A DNA stretch of 64,000 bases from the NCBI RefSeq assembly GCF_000250635.1, contig NC_016940.1, positions 1,352,995-1,416,994 of the forward strand, read 5' to 3'. Position numbers and translations under genes: made by a program. The stretch comes from Saprospira grandis str. Lewin. GTDB lineage: Bacteria; Bacteroidota; Bacteroidia; Chitinophagales; Saprospiraceae. How positions within the stretch are numbered: the first letter of the stretch is position 1; each line of letters starts with the position of its first letter. Positions 47,086 through 55,918 of the stretch are shown here, piece after piece. Under the pieces are notes generated by a model that searched no databases, was not told where the DNA came from, and was given only the letters and a program-made list of their open reading frames with translations.

Positions 47086-50000
47086 TTAATCAATCATTTC
47101 TAGTTCGCCATTGCCATCATTTCGGCGCAGGCGGCTATTAGAAGAAATAGCTTGCTTGACTTGGGCCAGTTTATCTTGGGCCTCCTTCACAATTTCGGCT
47201 TCTCCGTCGAAGTTGCCCAAAAGGCTTTCTAGAGTACCTTTGGCCGCATCTAGTTTGCCTTGTTCGGCATAGATATCGGCGATGAGGATAAAGTTGCGCG
47301 CCAACCAATTGAGGTGTTGGCCCAGCAGCTTATTGTTTTGGAAGGCCAGCTCTAGAGCGCCATCCAAATCGCGTTGGATATAAGTAATTTTGGCGATTTG
47401 GTAATGGGCTTCAGAGGCGTTGATATCGTCATCGACCAGCTTGAGGCTCTCCTTATAAGACTGCATCGCCTTGGCATTATCGCCAGCGGCTTGTTGGGCC
47501 TTAGCGAGATAAAAATGGGCCTCGGCCTTGTTGGCAGCGCTAGCATTGGGTTCTTTGAGGAAGTTGGTGGCCAGTCCCTTTAGCGACTGATAATTTTGGC
47601 CATAATAGGCAGAGCGCATACCGAATAGGCGAGCTTCCGATCGGTTTTCGGGGCTAGAAGCAAACTGTTCTAGGCCTTGAAAATAAGTGAGGGCCTTGGC
47701 ATAATCCTCCGTAATATGGTAACAAATTCGGCCTGCCAAGAGGTTGGCTTCCTCCGCCATAGCGGGGGGCGCTTTGGGGTCCTTGGCCTCTGCCACATAG
47801 GCAAAATCGCCTAGTGCTTTGGGGTATTCCTTGAGATTATAGTAGGCAATCCCTCGGTTGAGGTGGGCCGACATACTATTGAGGCCCTTTGGAAAGCGAT
47901 CGAGATATTTGCTGTAATTATCCGCAGCGGCTGGCCAGTTTTCCTGATCGAAAGAAGAGGCGGCCGACTCATAAAGGAGCGAATCTGCGGCCATATCGGA
48001 GAAATTATAGCCCTGCAAAGTAGAGGCATAAGCCATAAAGCCGTCGGGATCGCCTTGATCGATATAGATTTTTCGGATAAAATTGAGGGCCGCTTTGGCT
48101 TCCTCTGTTTGGACATTATTGCTCACCACCGTCTTAAAATAATCGAGGGCTTCGCGGTTCATATCGCGGCTATAAGAGAGCACGCCCAATTTGTAGAGGG
48201 CTTTGGCGGTATACTCGCTATCGGGATATTTCACGATCAATTGGTCAAAACTTCCTTTAGCCTGATCGAATTCATTTTGGTTAATCTGCGTGCTCCCCAT
48301 GGCATAAAGCGCATCATCGGCATAGATTGAACTGGGGTGTTGGCCCACCAAATCGGCTAGGGTGCGCAGTTGCTTTTGGGCTTGATTGGTCAAGCTATAA
48401 ATCAGGCTCAGCTGATACATGGCATAATCCTCATTGGGGAAATTATTGGCCACAATCCGCTCATAATAGCCAGCGGCGGCCGTATAATTATTCGTTCCGC
48501 CCAAATAAAGGTAGCAATCGCCAGCCCGGCCGAGGGCATCGGGATAGACAAAATTAGAGACATGTCGATCATTGATTTTGCTCAGGCGGGGCTCAATATA
48601 TTTAACCGCCTTCACGAACTCGCCCACGGCATTATCGTAGCTATTTTTGCGAAGATAATTGTAGCCTAGGCCATAATGGGCCGTTCCTTTAGAGGAATTG
48701 GCGGGTAATTGGGGGGCCGCAGCCGCTACCGTCGTAAAGCGGTTATACTCATCAATACTTTTATCAAATTGGTCCAATTGGAAAAGCGCCTCGGCTTTCC
48801 AGAAATGGGCCAGGGCCGTGGTTTCGGTATGCACGGCAGAGCCCAGAGACTCATTAAAGCGCTCTACGGCCTTGGTAAAATTACTGGCCTTATAATGCTG
48901 CACGCCACGGAAATAGGCCACTTTTTGGAAAGCCTCTTTGAGAGAGGGCTCGCTGCGGTCGATTGTTCTTAGGATGCTCAGGGCTTTTTCATAATCGCGA
49001 GTATTGAGGAAGAGCTGGCTCATCAAATTTTGCGACTCGTTGCTGTATTTTGTATTGAGTAGCTCCATAAAAGCCGAAATAGCGTCATTGTCTAGGCCCA
49101 ATTCATAAGACAATTTGGCATAATTCATTTTAGCGTCAATCTGCAGCTCTTTGTCCTGCTTCATTTCTGCGGCCTGCTTAAAGGAAAGGCGGGCCTCCTC
49201 TTTTCGGCCTAATTTGAGTTGGCAATCGGCCAGATTGTAGCGGGCATTTTGGCCCAACTTATTATCTAATCGAGCAATTTGCTCAAAGTTACCAGCGGCA
49301 TCCTCATATTTTCCAGCTCGATATTGGGTATAAGCCAATTGATAGAAGATATCTTCTGTCATTTTTGGCGTCTTGCTGGCGTATTCTTCCATAAAAGGAA
49401 GCGCTTTTTGGTAATTCTTCTTTTCGTAATAGGCTTGGCCCACCGCCTGTACAATTGTCATACGTTCCCGCACCGTATTGCTTTTGGTGTAGGGTTCTCC
49501 GTAGGCAATTGTTTTATCATAATCCTTTTTCATGAAATGGATCTGCGTGATATAGGTAGGGACCACCTTTTCGTAGCGGCTCGACTTATTGGCAATTTCA
49601 AAGCTAGCCAGGGCGGCATCAAAGTCTTTGAGGAAGAAAGAGCAGAGGCCATAATAGTAATTGGCGGGAAAAGTATACTCGCTTTTGGTCCCTTTGATTT
49701 GGGCAAAAACGGGTTGGGCTTTTCTAAAGTCCTTAGAGACAAAATAGCAATAGGCCAGTTGGAACTTGGCCTCGATCAGCTCCTCATTGCTCAGGTCATT
49801 GAGGTCCTTAAAATTGATGCTACTGAGGTATTTAATAGCCTTTTTATAATCTCTTTGGGCATAATAATAACGGCCCACCTCCAATTTGGCCTGAGCGGCC
49901 ACCGACATAGGCTCATATTTCTTAATCAGGACCAAAAGTTTGTTTTCGGCATCGGGCCGTTCCAAGCGCAGGGCGGCCAGAGCGGCATAAAGTTCTGCTT

Positions 50001-50235
50001 TGGGGCGGTAGGATTCGGGCAAATCCCAATCATCATAAAGGGCTTGATCGGGGGCGAGCAATTGGCCCAATTCATCTTCGGCCTTGCCATAAAGGGCTTG
50101 TTCATAAAATTCGATGGCGGCATGATATGCGGCCTGGGGGTCTTTATAGACGGCTGTTTGCTGCGCTTGTATGCCCTGCAAACTTGCAAGACTCAGCAGT
50201 CCGCCATAGACCAGTTTTTTCAGCTTTGGTTGCAT
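47086..50235 (-). CDS. large TPR-repeat protein with signal peptide (1049 aa)
   Basis: MQPKLKKLVYGGLLSLASLQGIQAQQ signal peptide. TPR-like helical repeats run through the whole protein (AxxYYxxxxYxxA patterns). A PorW/SprE-like role is possible but unproven. Confidence 0.75.
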   Translation of the reverse strand: MQPKLKKLVYGGLLSLASLQGIQAQQTAVYKDPQAAYHAAIEFYEQALYGKAEDELGQLLAPDQALYDDWDLPESYRPKAELYAALAALRLERPDAENKLLVLIKKYEPMSVAAQAKLEVGRYYYAQRDYKKAIKYLSSINFKDLNDLSNEELIEAKFQLAYCYFVSKDFRKAQPVFAQIKGTKSEYTFPANYYYGLCSFFLKDFDAALASFEIANKSSRYEKVVPTYITQIHFMKKDYDKTIAYGEPYTKSNTVRERMTIVQAVGQAYYEKKNYQKALPFMEEYASKTPKMTEDIFYQLAYTQYRAGKYEDAAGNFEQIARLDNKLGQNARYNLADCQLKLGRKEEARLSFKQAAEMKQDKELQIDAKMNYAKLSYELGLDNDAISAFMELLNTKYSNESQNLMSQLFLNTRDYEKALSILRTIDRSEPSLKEAFQKVAYFRGVQHYKASNFTKAVERFNESLGSAVHTETTALAHFWKAEALFQLDQFDKSIDEYNRFTTVAAAAPQLPANSSKGTAHYGLGYNYLRKNSYDNAVGEFVKAVKYIEPRLSKINDRHVSNFVYPDALGRAGDCYLYLGGTNNYTAAAGYYERIVANNFPNEDYAMYQLSLIYSLTNQAQKQLRTLADLVGQHPSSIYADDALYAMGSTQINQNEFDQAKGSFDQLIVKYPDSEYTAKALYKLGVLSYSRDMNREALDYFKTVVSNNVQTEEAKAALNFIRKIYIDQGDPDGFMAYASTLQGYNFSDMAADSLLYESAASSFDQENWPAAADNYSKYLDRFPKGLNSMSAHLNRGIAYYNLKEYPKALGDFAYVAEAKDPKAPPAMAEEANLLAGRICYHITEDYAKALTYFQGLEQFASSPENRSEARLFGMRSAYYGQNYQSLKGLATNFLKEPNASAANKAEAHFYLAKAQQAAGDNAKAMQSYKESLKLVDDDINASEAHYQIAKITYIQRDLDGALELAFQNNKLLGQHLNWLARNFILIADIYAEQGKLDAAKGTLESLLGNFDGEAEIVKEAQDKLAQVKQAISSNSRLRRNDGNGELEMID

Positions 50236-50326
50236 GAAGTTCTATTTAATTTTAAAGGAGTCTTTCCTAGAGAATCATTCTAATAAGTTCTTAGCTCAAG
50301 ATACAGTTTTTTAACTGTTTTATGAT

Positions 50327-50482
50327 TTTGGGGCCTCCGCTGCGGCTTCGCCTTGCGGCGCTACGTTTCGCAGCTCGCTGATCGCTCGGCCCTGCGCCAG
50401 CAAGCTGGCTAGGTCTGGCCTACGGCCACTGCTGCACATCGCTAGGCCAGATGGCCTACGGCCAAGGCGGCTTTGCCGCCTT
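50327..50482 (+). repeat. GC-rich interspersed element, A2/hybrid
   Basis: TTTTGGGGCCTCCGCTGCGGC…CGCTACGTTTCGCAGCTCGCTGATCGCTCGGCCCTGCG…GGTCTGGCCTACGGCCACTGCTGCACATCGCTAGGCC…. Confidence 0.8.
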
Positions 50483-50537
50483 CTGCTCCAAGAAATCAGT
50501 TTAGTTATTTAGGCCCAAAAATAATGCCTTGAGGGCA

Positions 50538-50576
50538 TAAAAAAAGCGGCCCGGCGAATAATCGTCGGCCCGCTTT
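50538..50576 (-). terminator. probable terminator of tsaB
   Basis: Imperfect GC-rich hairpin (GCGGCCCGGCG…CGTCGGCCCGC) with A8 upstream on the + strand, giving T8 on the minus strand. Confidence 0.55.
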
Positions 50577-50652
50577 GATGAATCTTTTTCATTAGCCCTA
50601 GCGATTAAAAGTTTTCTATGGCAGAGCTTTTGGCAGTTCAGAGAAAGTCAGG

Positions 50653-51363
50653 CTATTTTTTGCTAAAAAACTTATTCTTTTTTGGCTTAGTCAGATGTGG
50701 GGCCCTTAAATAGAAGGGTTCGGAGTAGGCGAGCTCGGCAAATTCTTGTTTTTCGTAGGCATTTTGGGCCAATTGTTCAAAAAAGCGGGCAGATGCGGTT
50801 TTTAGGGGCAACAATTCTAAATTACATTCTGGCATCAGTTCTTGGTAACTCCTAGCAGCAGAGCCTAGTACATACAGACTATGCTCTTGTTGATAAATAC
50901 TCAGGTCTAATTCTTTTAGTGACACAAAAAAGGGGGATTTGATAATTTCTAGTTGGCTATTATAGATAGCGGCATAGGCATTTCCACGGCGGGCATCTTC
51001 TAGGCAGATCAGCAAGCTATTTTTGGGCAGGCTTTGGTTCCATTTTGCGCCATAGGCCAGGGCGGCTAGGGTATCGAGGGCCAAGAGGGGGAGTTGCCAG
51101 GCAAAGGCCAGGCCTTTGGCGGTAGAATAGGCAATGCGCAGGCCGGTATAAGAGCCGGGGCCTTTGCTCAGGGCAATAGCGGCCAGATCTGTTCCTTTGC
51201 ATTTGGCTCGCTGCAGTATTTTTTGGACAAAGAGCGTAAGTTCTGCGGCGGGGTCGCCAGCATCAAGAGAACTTTCTTCTACTAGCCAGCAGTGGCCATT
51301 TTTAATCAGTGCCACCGAAGTTTTTCGGCTGCTGCTTTCTAAAACGAGTATCAATTGGTCCAT
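50653..51363 (-). CDS. tsaB: tRNA threonylcarbamoyladenosine biosynthesis protein TsaB (YeaZ)
   Basis: Start moved to the ATG at 51361-51363 (MDQLILVLESSSRKTSVALI). The longer listed ORF runs into a repeat copy. 237 aa. Confidence 0.75.
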   Translation of the reverse strand: MDQLILVLESSSRKTSVALIKNGHCWLVEESSLDAGDPAAELTLFVQKILQRAKCKGTDLAAIALSKGPGSYTGLRIAYSTAKGLAFAWQLPLLALDTLAALAYGAKWNQSLPKNSLLICLEDARRGNAYAAIYNSQLEIIKSPFFVSLKELDLSIYQQEHSLYVLGSAARSYQELMPECNLELLPLKTASARFFEQLAQNAYEKQEFAELAYSEPFYLRAPHLTKPKKNKFFSKK

Positions 51364-51410
51364 AACAAATATAGATTCTAGCGTGGTGGGCAAAATAAGG
51401 GCTGGGCTGG

Positions 51411-51536
51411 GGCGCCAATGGCCTAGCGATGCGAAAGGGTGGCCGTCAGGCCAGACCGAGGCGCTTTGCGCCGAAGGGCCGAGCAGAGCTGCGAGCCCTG
51501 TAGCGTAGCGCCTGCCGCAGGCAGGAGGCCCCAAAA
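51411..51536 (-). repeat. GC-rich interspersed element, subfamily A2
   Basis: GGCCTAGCGATGCGAAAGGGTGGCCGTCAGGCCAGACCGAGGCG…GGGCCGAGCAGAGCTGCGAGCCC…CGTAGCGCCTGCCGCAGGCAGGAGGCCCCAAAA. Confidence 0.85.
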
Positions 51537-51550
51537 ATAACAGCAGTAAG

Positions 51551-51597
51551 TTAAAAAACAAAATAGCCCCTCAATTTGCATTGAGAGGCTAGGGGCT
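51551..51597 (-). terminator. probable terminator of rpsA
   Basis: Nested hairpin AGCCCCTCAAT-TTGC-ATTGAGAGGCTAGGGGCT with an A-rich tract on the + strand. Confidence 0.5.
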
Positions 51598-51627
51598 TTA
51601 TTATGAATCGGAATGAGGAGTTAGATC

Positions 51628-53475
51628 TTACTCTTCGTCCTGATTATCTTTCTCTTGATTTTCGATTTGCTCACGCAATTGGGCAAAAACGTTGAGGTCA
51701 CCCATAGTGCTACGCTCTACTTTATCTTGCTGTTTGCGGAGTTCATCTTGTGCTTCGCGGTTTTGGCGACGTTTGTCATCGCGTTCTTGGCGGTCAGCAT
51801 CTTTCTTGCTATCGTTGTAGTAGCGAGAGTGAGACACGAGGATACGCTTATCATCGCGGTTAAACTCGATTACTTTGAATAGCAAAGTTTCCTCTACTTC
51901 TGCGAGGCTACCATCTTCTTTCTTCACATGGCGGAGGGGAGCGAAAGCCTCTAGGCCGTAAGGAAGTTGAACGATAGCACCACGGTCGTCACGGCGGAGG
52001 ACAGTGGCTTCATGCACAGAGCCTACAGGGAAAACATTCTCGAAAGTATCCCAAGGGTTTTCTTCGAGTTGTTTGTGGCCCAAAGAAAGTTTGCGATTCT
52101 CTACATCGATGTCAAGGATCATGATATCTAGAGTCTCCCCTACTTTGGTAAACTCGGCAGGGTGGCCATAGCGCTTCGTCCAAGAAAGGTCAGAGATATG
52201 GATCATACCGCCGATACCTTCTTCGAGCTCCAAGAATACGCCATAAGGAGTAAGGTTTTTGACCTCGCCCTTGTGCGTGCTATTTTTGGGATAGCGCTCT
52301 TCGATAGTTGCCCAAGGATCATCGCTAAGCTGCTTAAGGCTTAGAGACATCTTGCGCTCTTCGCGGTCGATAGTTACCACTTTAGCTTCGTGGATAGTTC
52401 CTTCTTTGAAGTAATCGCGAGAGTTGATAGGCTGGCTGCTCCAAGATACCTCAGAAACGTGGATAAGCCCTTCAACACCGGGAGTGATTTCTAGGAAAGC
52501 ACCATAATCCTCGATGTTTACGATACGGCCTTTAACGGTAGAACCGGGCTGCACGTCTTCAGGCAATACGTCCCATGGATGGGGCTGTAGTTGCTTGAGG
52601 CCCAAAGAGATACGTTTTTTGTCATCATTGAAGTCAAGAACAACAACGTTGAGCTTCTGGCCATTCTCTAGTACATCGCTGGGGTGCTTGATACGGCCCC
52701 AAGAGATGTCCGTGATATAAAGAAGACCATCTACACCACCCAAATCGAGGAAGGCACCAAAGTCGGTAAGGTTCTTTACAGTACCTTCTAGGACCTGACC
52801 GCGCTCCAATTTAGAGATGATTTCTTGACGTTGAGCTTCCAAGTCGCTTTCGATAAGCGCTTTGTGAGAAACAACAGCGTTTTTGATCGCTTCGTTGATT
52901 TTCACTACCTTGAACTCCATAGTTTTACCTACGTATGCATCATAATCAACGATAGGCTTGATGTCGATTTGAGAACCGGGCAAGAAAGTTTCTAGACCCT
53001 GAACGTCTACGATCATACCACCTTTCGTCTTGCTGATGATATGTCCTTTAACGACAGTACCTTCGTTGTAAGCGTTAACGATGCTTTCCCAAGCGCGAAG
53101 CAATTTCGCTTTGCGGCGAGACAAAACAAGCTGTCCACGCTTATCCTCTTGAGTTTCTACGTATACCTCAACAACATCGCCTACGGCGAGGTCGGGCATA
53201 TCGCGGAATTCTGAAGTAGGCACCAATCCGTCAGACTTGTAGTTCAAGTCGATAACTACATCGCCATCTTGGATAGCTACTACACGACCACCAACGATTT
53301 CGTACTCTTTTACAGAGCTCAAAGTTTCGTCGTACTCGGCAGTTAGTTTGGCCATTTCTTCAGCAGAGTAAGCTGATTCACCAGACTTGCTAGAGTTCCA
53401 ATCAAAATCGTCGTGAGCAACTACTACTTGCTCTTGCTGGTTCTCCAGCTCCTGATTATTAGTTTCGTTTTCCAT
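51628..53475 (-). CDS. rpsA: 30S ribosomal protein S1
   Basis: 615 aa with six consecutive S1 domains (repeating GxVxGxVxxIxxxGxFVxL patterns). Confidence 0.9.
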   Translation of the reverse strand: MENETNNQELENQQEQVVVAHDDFDWNSSKSGESAYSAEEMAKLTAEYDETLSSVKEYEIVGGRVVAIQDGDVVIDLNYKSDGLVPTSEFRDMPDLAVGDVVEVYVETQEDKRGQLVLSRRKAKLLRAWESIVNAYNEGTVVKGHIISKTKGGMIVDVQGLETFLPGSQIDIKPIVDYDAYVGKTMEFKVVKINEAIKNAVVSHKALIESDLEAQRQEIISKLERGQVLEGTVKNLTDFGAFLDLGGVDGLLYITDISWGRIKHPSDVLENGQKLNVVVLDFNDDKKRISLGLKQLQPHPWDVLPEDVQPGSTVKGRIVNIEDYGAFLEITPGVEGLIHVSEVSWSSQPINSRDYFKEGTIHEAKVVTIDREERKMSLSLKQLSDDPWATIEERYPKNSTHKGEVKNLTPYGVFLELEEGIGGMIHISDLSWTKRYGHPAEFTKVGETLDIMILDIDVENRKLSLGHKQLEENPWDTFENVFPVGSVHEATVLRRDDRGAIVQLPYGLEAFAPLRHVKKEDGSLAEVEETLLFKVIEFNRDDKRILVSHSRYYNDSKKDADRQERDDKRRQNREAQDELRKQQDKVERSTMGDLNVFAQLREQIENQEKDNQDEE

Positions 53476-53604
53476 AATTATGGAAGTTTCCCTTCCGGGA
53501 CGGTTTAAAAATGTGAATAAATTAATTTACAATTCCTCTAAAAGGAAAATGCCTGCAAAAATAAGCTTTTCAAGCTTCTTTTACAAGCTATTATAGGTTT
53601 ATTT

Positions 53605-55545
53605 TTAGTCCTCTTCCCAAAAGGCTTCTAGGGCCAATTCGGCGGCTTCCCATTTTTCCATGGCCTCTTCTGTAGCCGCTTCATTTTCTTGATGTTTGGC
53701 TAGGGCCTTTTCATAATCGGGGGTTCCAAATTTGCTGCTATCGCCCAATATTTTTTCCAGCTTATTTTTCTCTTCTTCTAGGCGCTGAAGTTGCCGCTCT
53801 GCATTCTGGATATTTCTTTTGAGTTGTTTGAGGGCCTGTTTGACGGCAGGATCGTTTTCGTCTTTTTTGGGCTTGGCTTTTTTGCTGCTGCCACTGCTGT
53901 TGGCCGTTTTGCCCAAAGAAACATCTCGAAGGCTGCCGTATTGGCGTTTTTCTAGGAAGTATTCAGAGTCGCCCAAATAGGTTTTGAGCTTCTTTTGGTC
54001 AAATTCAATGACTTTATCGGTCAAGCCATCCAAAAAGTCTCTATCGTGAGAAACCACCACCAAGGTCCCATCATAATGCAAAAGGGCCTCTTTCAAAATG
54101 GCTTTAGAAAGCATATCGAGGTGGTTGGTGGGTTCATCCAGTACCAATAAGTTGATCGGGTGCAAAAGCAAGCAGGCCATGGCTAGACGCGCCCGTTCTC
54201 CTCCCGATAAAACCGATACTTTTTTGTCTACATCCTCCCCCTTAAAGAGAAAGGAGCCCAAAATAGCCCGTAAGCGGGGACGCAGCTCAAAGGGGGCATC
54301 TTGTTCTATGGTTTCTAAAACGGTCTTTTTGGGGTCTAGGGCTTCGGCCTGGTTCTGTGCATAATAGCCCAAATGGACATTATGGCCCAATTCGCTTGTT
54401 CCGCCTGTGGGCAGTTGCTGGCCCACCATTATTTTTACCAAGGTCGATTTTCCCTCTCCGTTTTTGCCCATAAAGGCCAGGCGTTCGCCTCGGATGATGG
54501 TCAAATCTACCTCATTCAAGATCAAATTATCGCCATAGCTTTTGCTTAGGCCCTTTACAATGGCCACTCTTTCTCCAGAGCGAGGTGCTGGCGGAAACTG
54601 CAAACGCATCCGACTGCTATCGCCATCTTCTAGCTCGATCCGCTGCATGCGGTCCAATTCCTTGATGAGCGATTGGGCCATTTTAGCCTTATTGGCCTTG
54701 GCTCTAAATTTATCGACTAGGGCTTCTTTGCGGGCAATTTCTTTTTGCTGCTGCTGAAAAGCCGACTGCATTTGGGCTTGTCGCTCTTCTCGCAATTCTA
54801 AATATCGAGAGTAGTTGGCTTTATAATCATGCACTTTGCCCAACTCAATCTCAATGGTGCGCTGCGTCACCTTATCCAAAAAGGCTTTATCGTGAGAAAT
54901 CACAATCACAGCCCCTTCATAAGGCTGCAAAAACTGCTCGAGCCAAATGATAGATTCAATATCCAAGTGGTTGGTCGGCTCATCCAAAAGCAGGAGCTGT
55001 GGCCGCTGCAAGAGGATTTTGGCCAGTTCGATCCGCATTTGCCAGCCCCCACTAAAGGTGGTAGTTTGTCGATCAAAATCAGTAACTGAAAAGCCCAAGC
55101 CCATCAAAATTTTCTCGGCTTCGGCTTGCAAACTTTGGCCACCAATCAAGGCCAGACGGTCGTTTAATTCCGATAATTCATGAATCAGCTCCATATAGCC
55201 ATCGCTGCTATAATCGGTCCGCTCCTCCATTTCTTGCTGAATCTCTTCTAGGCGTTTTTCCATGGCCTGCGCCTTGGCAAAGGCCGTCATGGCCTCTTCC
55301 AAAACCGTTTTGCCCTTGGGCAAGAGCATATCTTGATGCAAAAACCCGATGCTTAGGTCTTTAGGGGCGGCAATATTGCCTTGCATGGGCGCAATTTGCC
55401 CCGCAATAATCTTAAGCATAGTCGATTTGCCCGCTCCATTTCGGCCCGTCAGACCAATGCGGTCTTTTTCTCGCACCGTAAAGGAAACCTGGTCCAACAA
55501 TCGGCGATCGCCATATTGTACATATATATTCTGAAGGTTCAGCAT
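53605..55545 (-). CDS. ABC-F family ATPase (two tandem ABC ATPase domains, no TMD)
   Basis: Two Walker A motifs (GRNGAGKST, GKNGEGKST) and two LSGG signatures. The inter-domain linker and C-terminal coiled-coil arm are typical of ABC-F translation factors. Confidence 0.85.
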   Translation of the reverse strand: MLNLQNIYVQYGDRRLLDQVSFTVREKDRIGLTGRNGAGKSTMLKIIAGQIAPMQGNIAAPKDLSIGFLHQDMLLPKGKTVLEEAMTAFAKAQAMEKRLEEIQQEMEERTDYSSDGYMELIHELSELNDRLALIGGQSLQAEAEKILMGLGFSVTDFDRQTTTFSGGWQMRIELAKILLQRPQLLLLDEPTNHLDIESIIWLEQFLQPYEGAVIVISHDKAFLDKVTQRTIEIELGKVHDYKANYSRYLELREERQAQMQSAFQQQQKEIARKEALVDKFRAKANKAKMAQSLIKELDRMQRIELEDGDSSRMRLQFPPAPRSGERVAIVKGLSKSYGDNLILNEVDLTIIRGERLAFMGKNGEGKSTLVKIMVGQQLPTGGTSELGHNVHLGYYAQNQAEALDPKKTVLETIEQDAPFELRPRLRAILGSFLFKGEDVDKKVSVLSGGERARLAMACLLLHPINLLVLDEPTNHLDMLSKAILKEALLHYDGTLVVVSHDRDFLDGLTDKVIEFDQKKLKTYLGDSEYFLEKRQYGSLRDVSLGKTANSSGSSKKAKPKKDENDPAVKQALKQLKRNIQNAERQLQRLEEEKNKLEKILGDSSKFGTPDYEKALAKHQENEAATEEAMEKWEAAELALEAFWEED

Positions 55546-55597
55546 GATTATTTTCTTTTAGTCGCCGCAAAAATAGCCTTTTTCTTTGGAATAATAA

Positions 55598-55840
55598 TTT
55601 TTTGGGGCCTCCGCTGCGGCCTGCGGCCTTGCGGCGGTTACTCCCTTTGGTCGTCGAACTGCGCCCTAAAGGGCTTGTTGTCGTTGCGCAGCTCGCTGCT
55701 ATTTTGGGGCCTCCGCCTCCCTTCGGTCGTCGGCGCTACGTTGCGCAGCTCGCTGTTCGCTCGGCCCTGCGGCCTGACGGCCTAGGTCTGCGGCTGCGCC
55801 GCACTGCTGCACATCGCTAGGCCGAATGGCCTTCGGCCAT
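55598..55840 (+). repeat. GC-rich interspersed element (A2) containing ~1.5 copies of the 101-bp internal sub-unit
   Basis: TTTTTTGGGGCCTCCGCTGCGGCC…GGTTACTCCCTTTGGTCGTCGAACTGCGCC…GCTGCTATTTTGGGGCCTCCGCCTCCCTTCGGTCGTCGGCGCTACGTTGCGCAGCTCGCTG…CATCGCTAGGCCGAATGGCCTTCGGCC. Confidence 0.85.
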
Positions 55841-55918
55841 TTTTGGATAAAAATTTCAAACTTATTTTGCGTTTATAAATTAAAGTTATTACCTTTATGT
55901 AAACACAAAAACAAAGCA

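Noticed and set aside
49279-50283. 334-aa ORF antisense to the TPR gene, and other antisense ORFs such as 4082..4507, 14718..15347, 17836..18231, 41664..42122
   Set aside because: They are fully embedded antisense in well-supported genes (PfkB kinase, S8 peptidase, racemase-like, HemJ, TPR protein), with no start or terminator context of their own.
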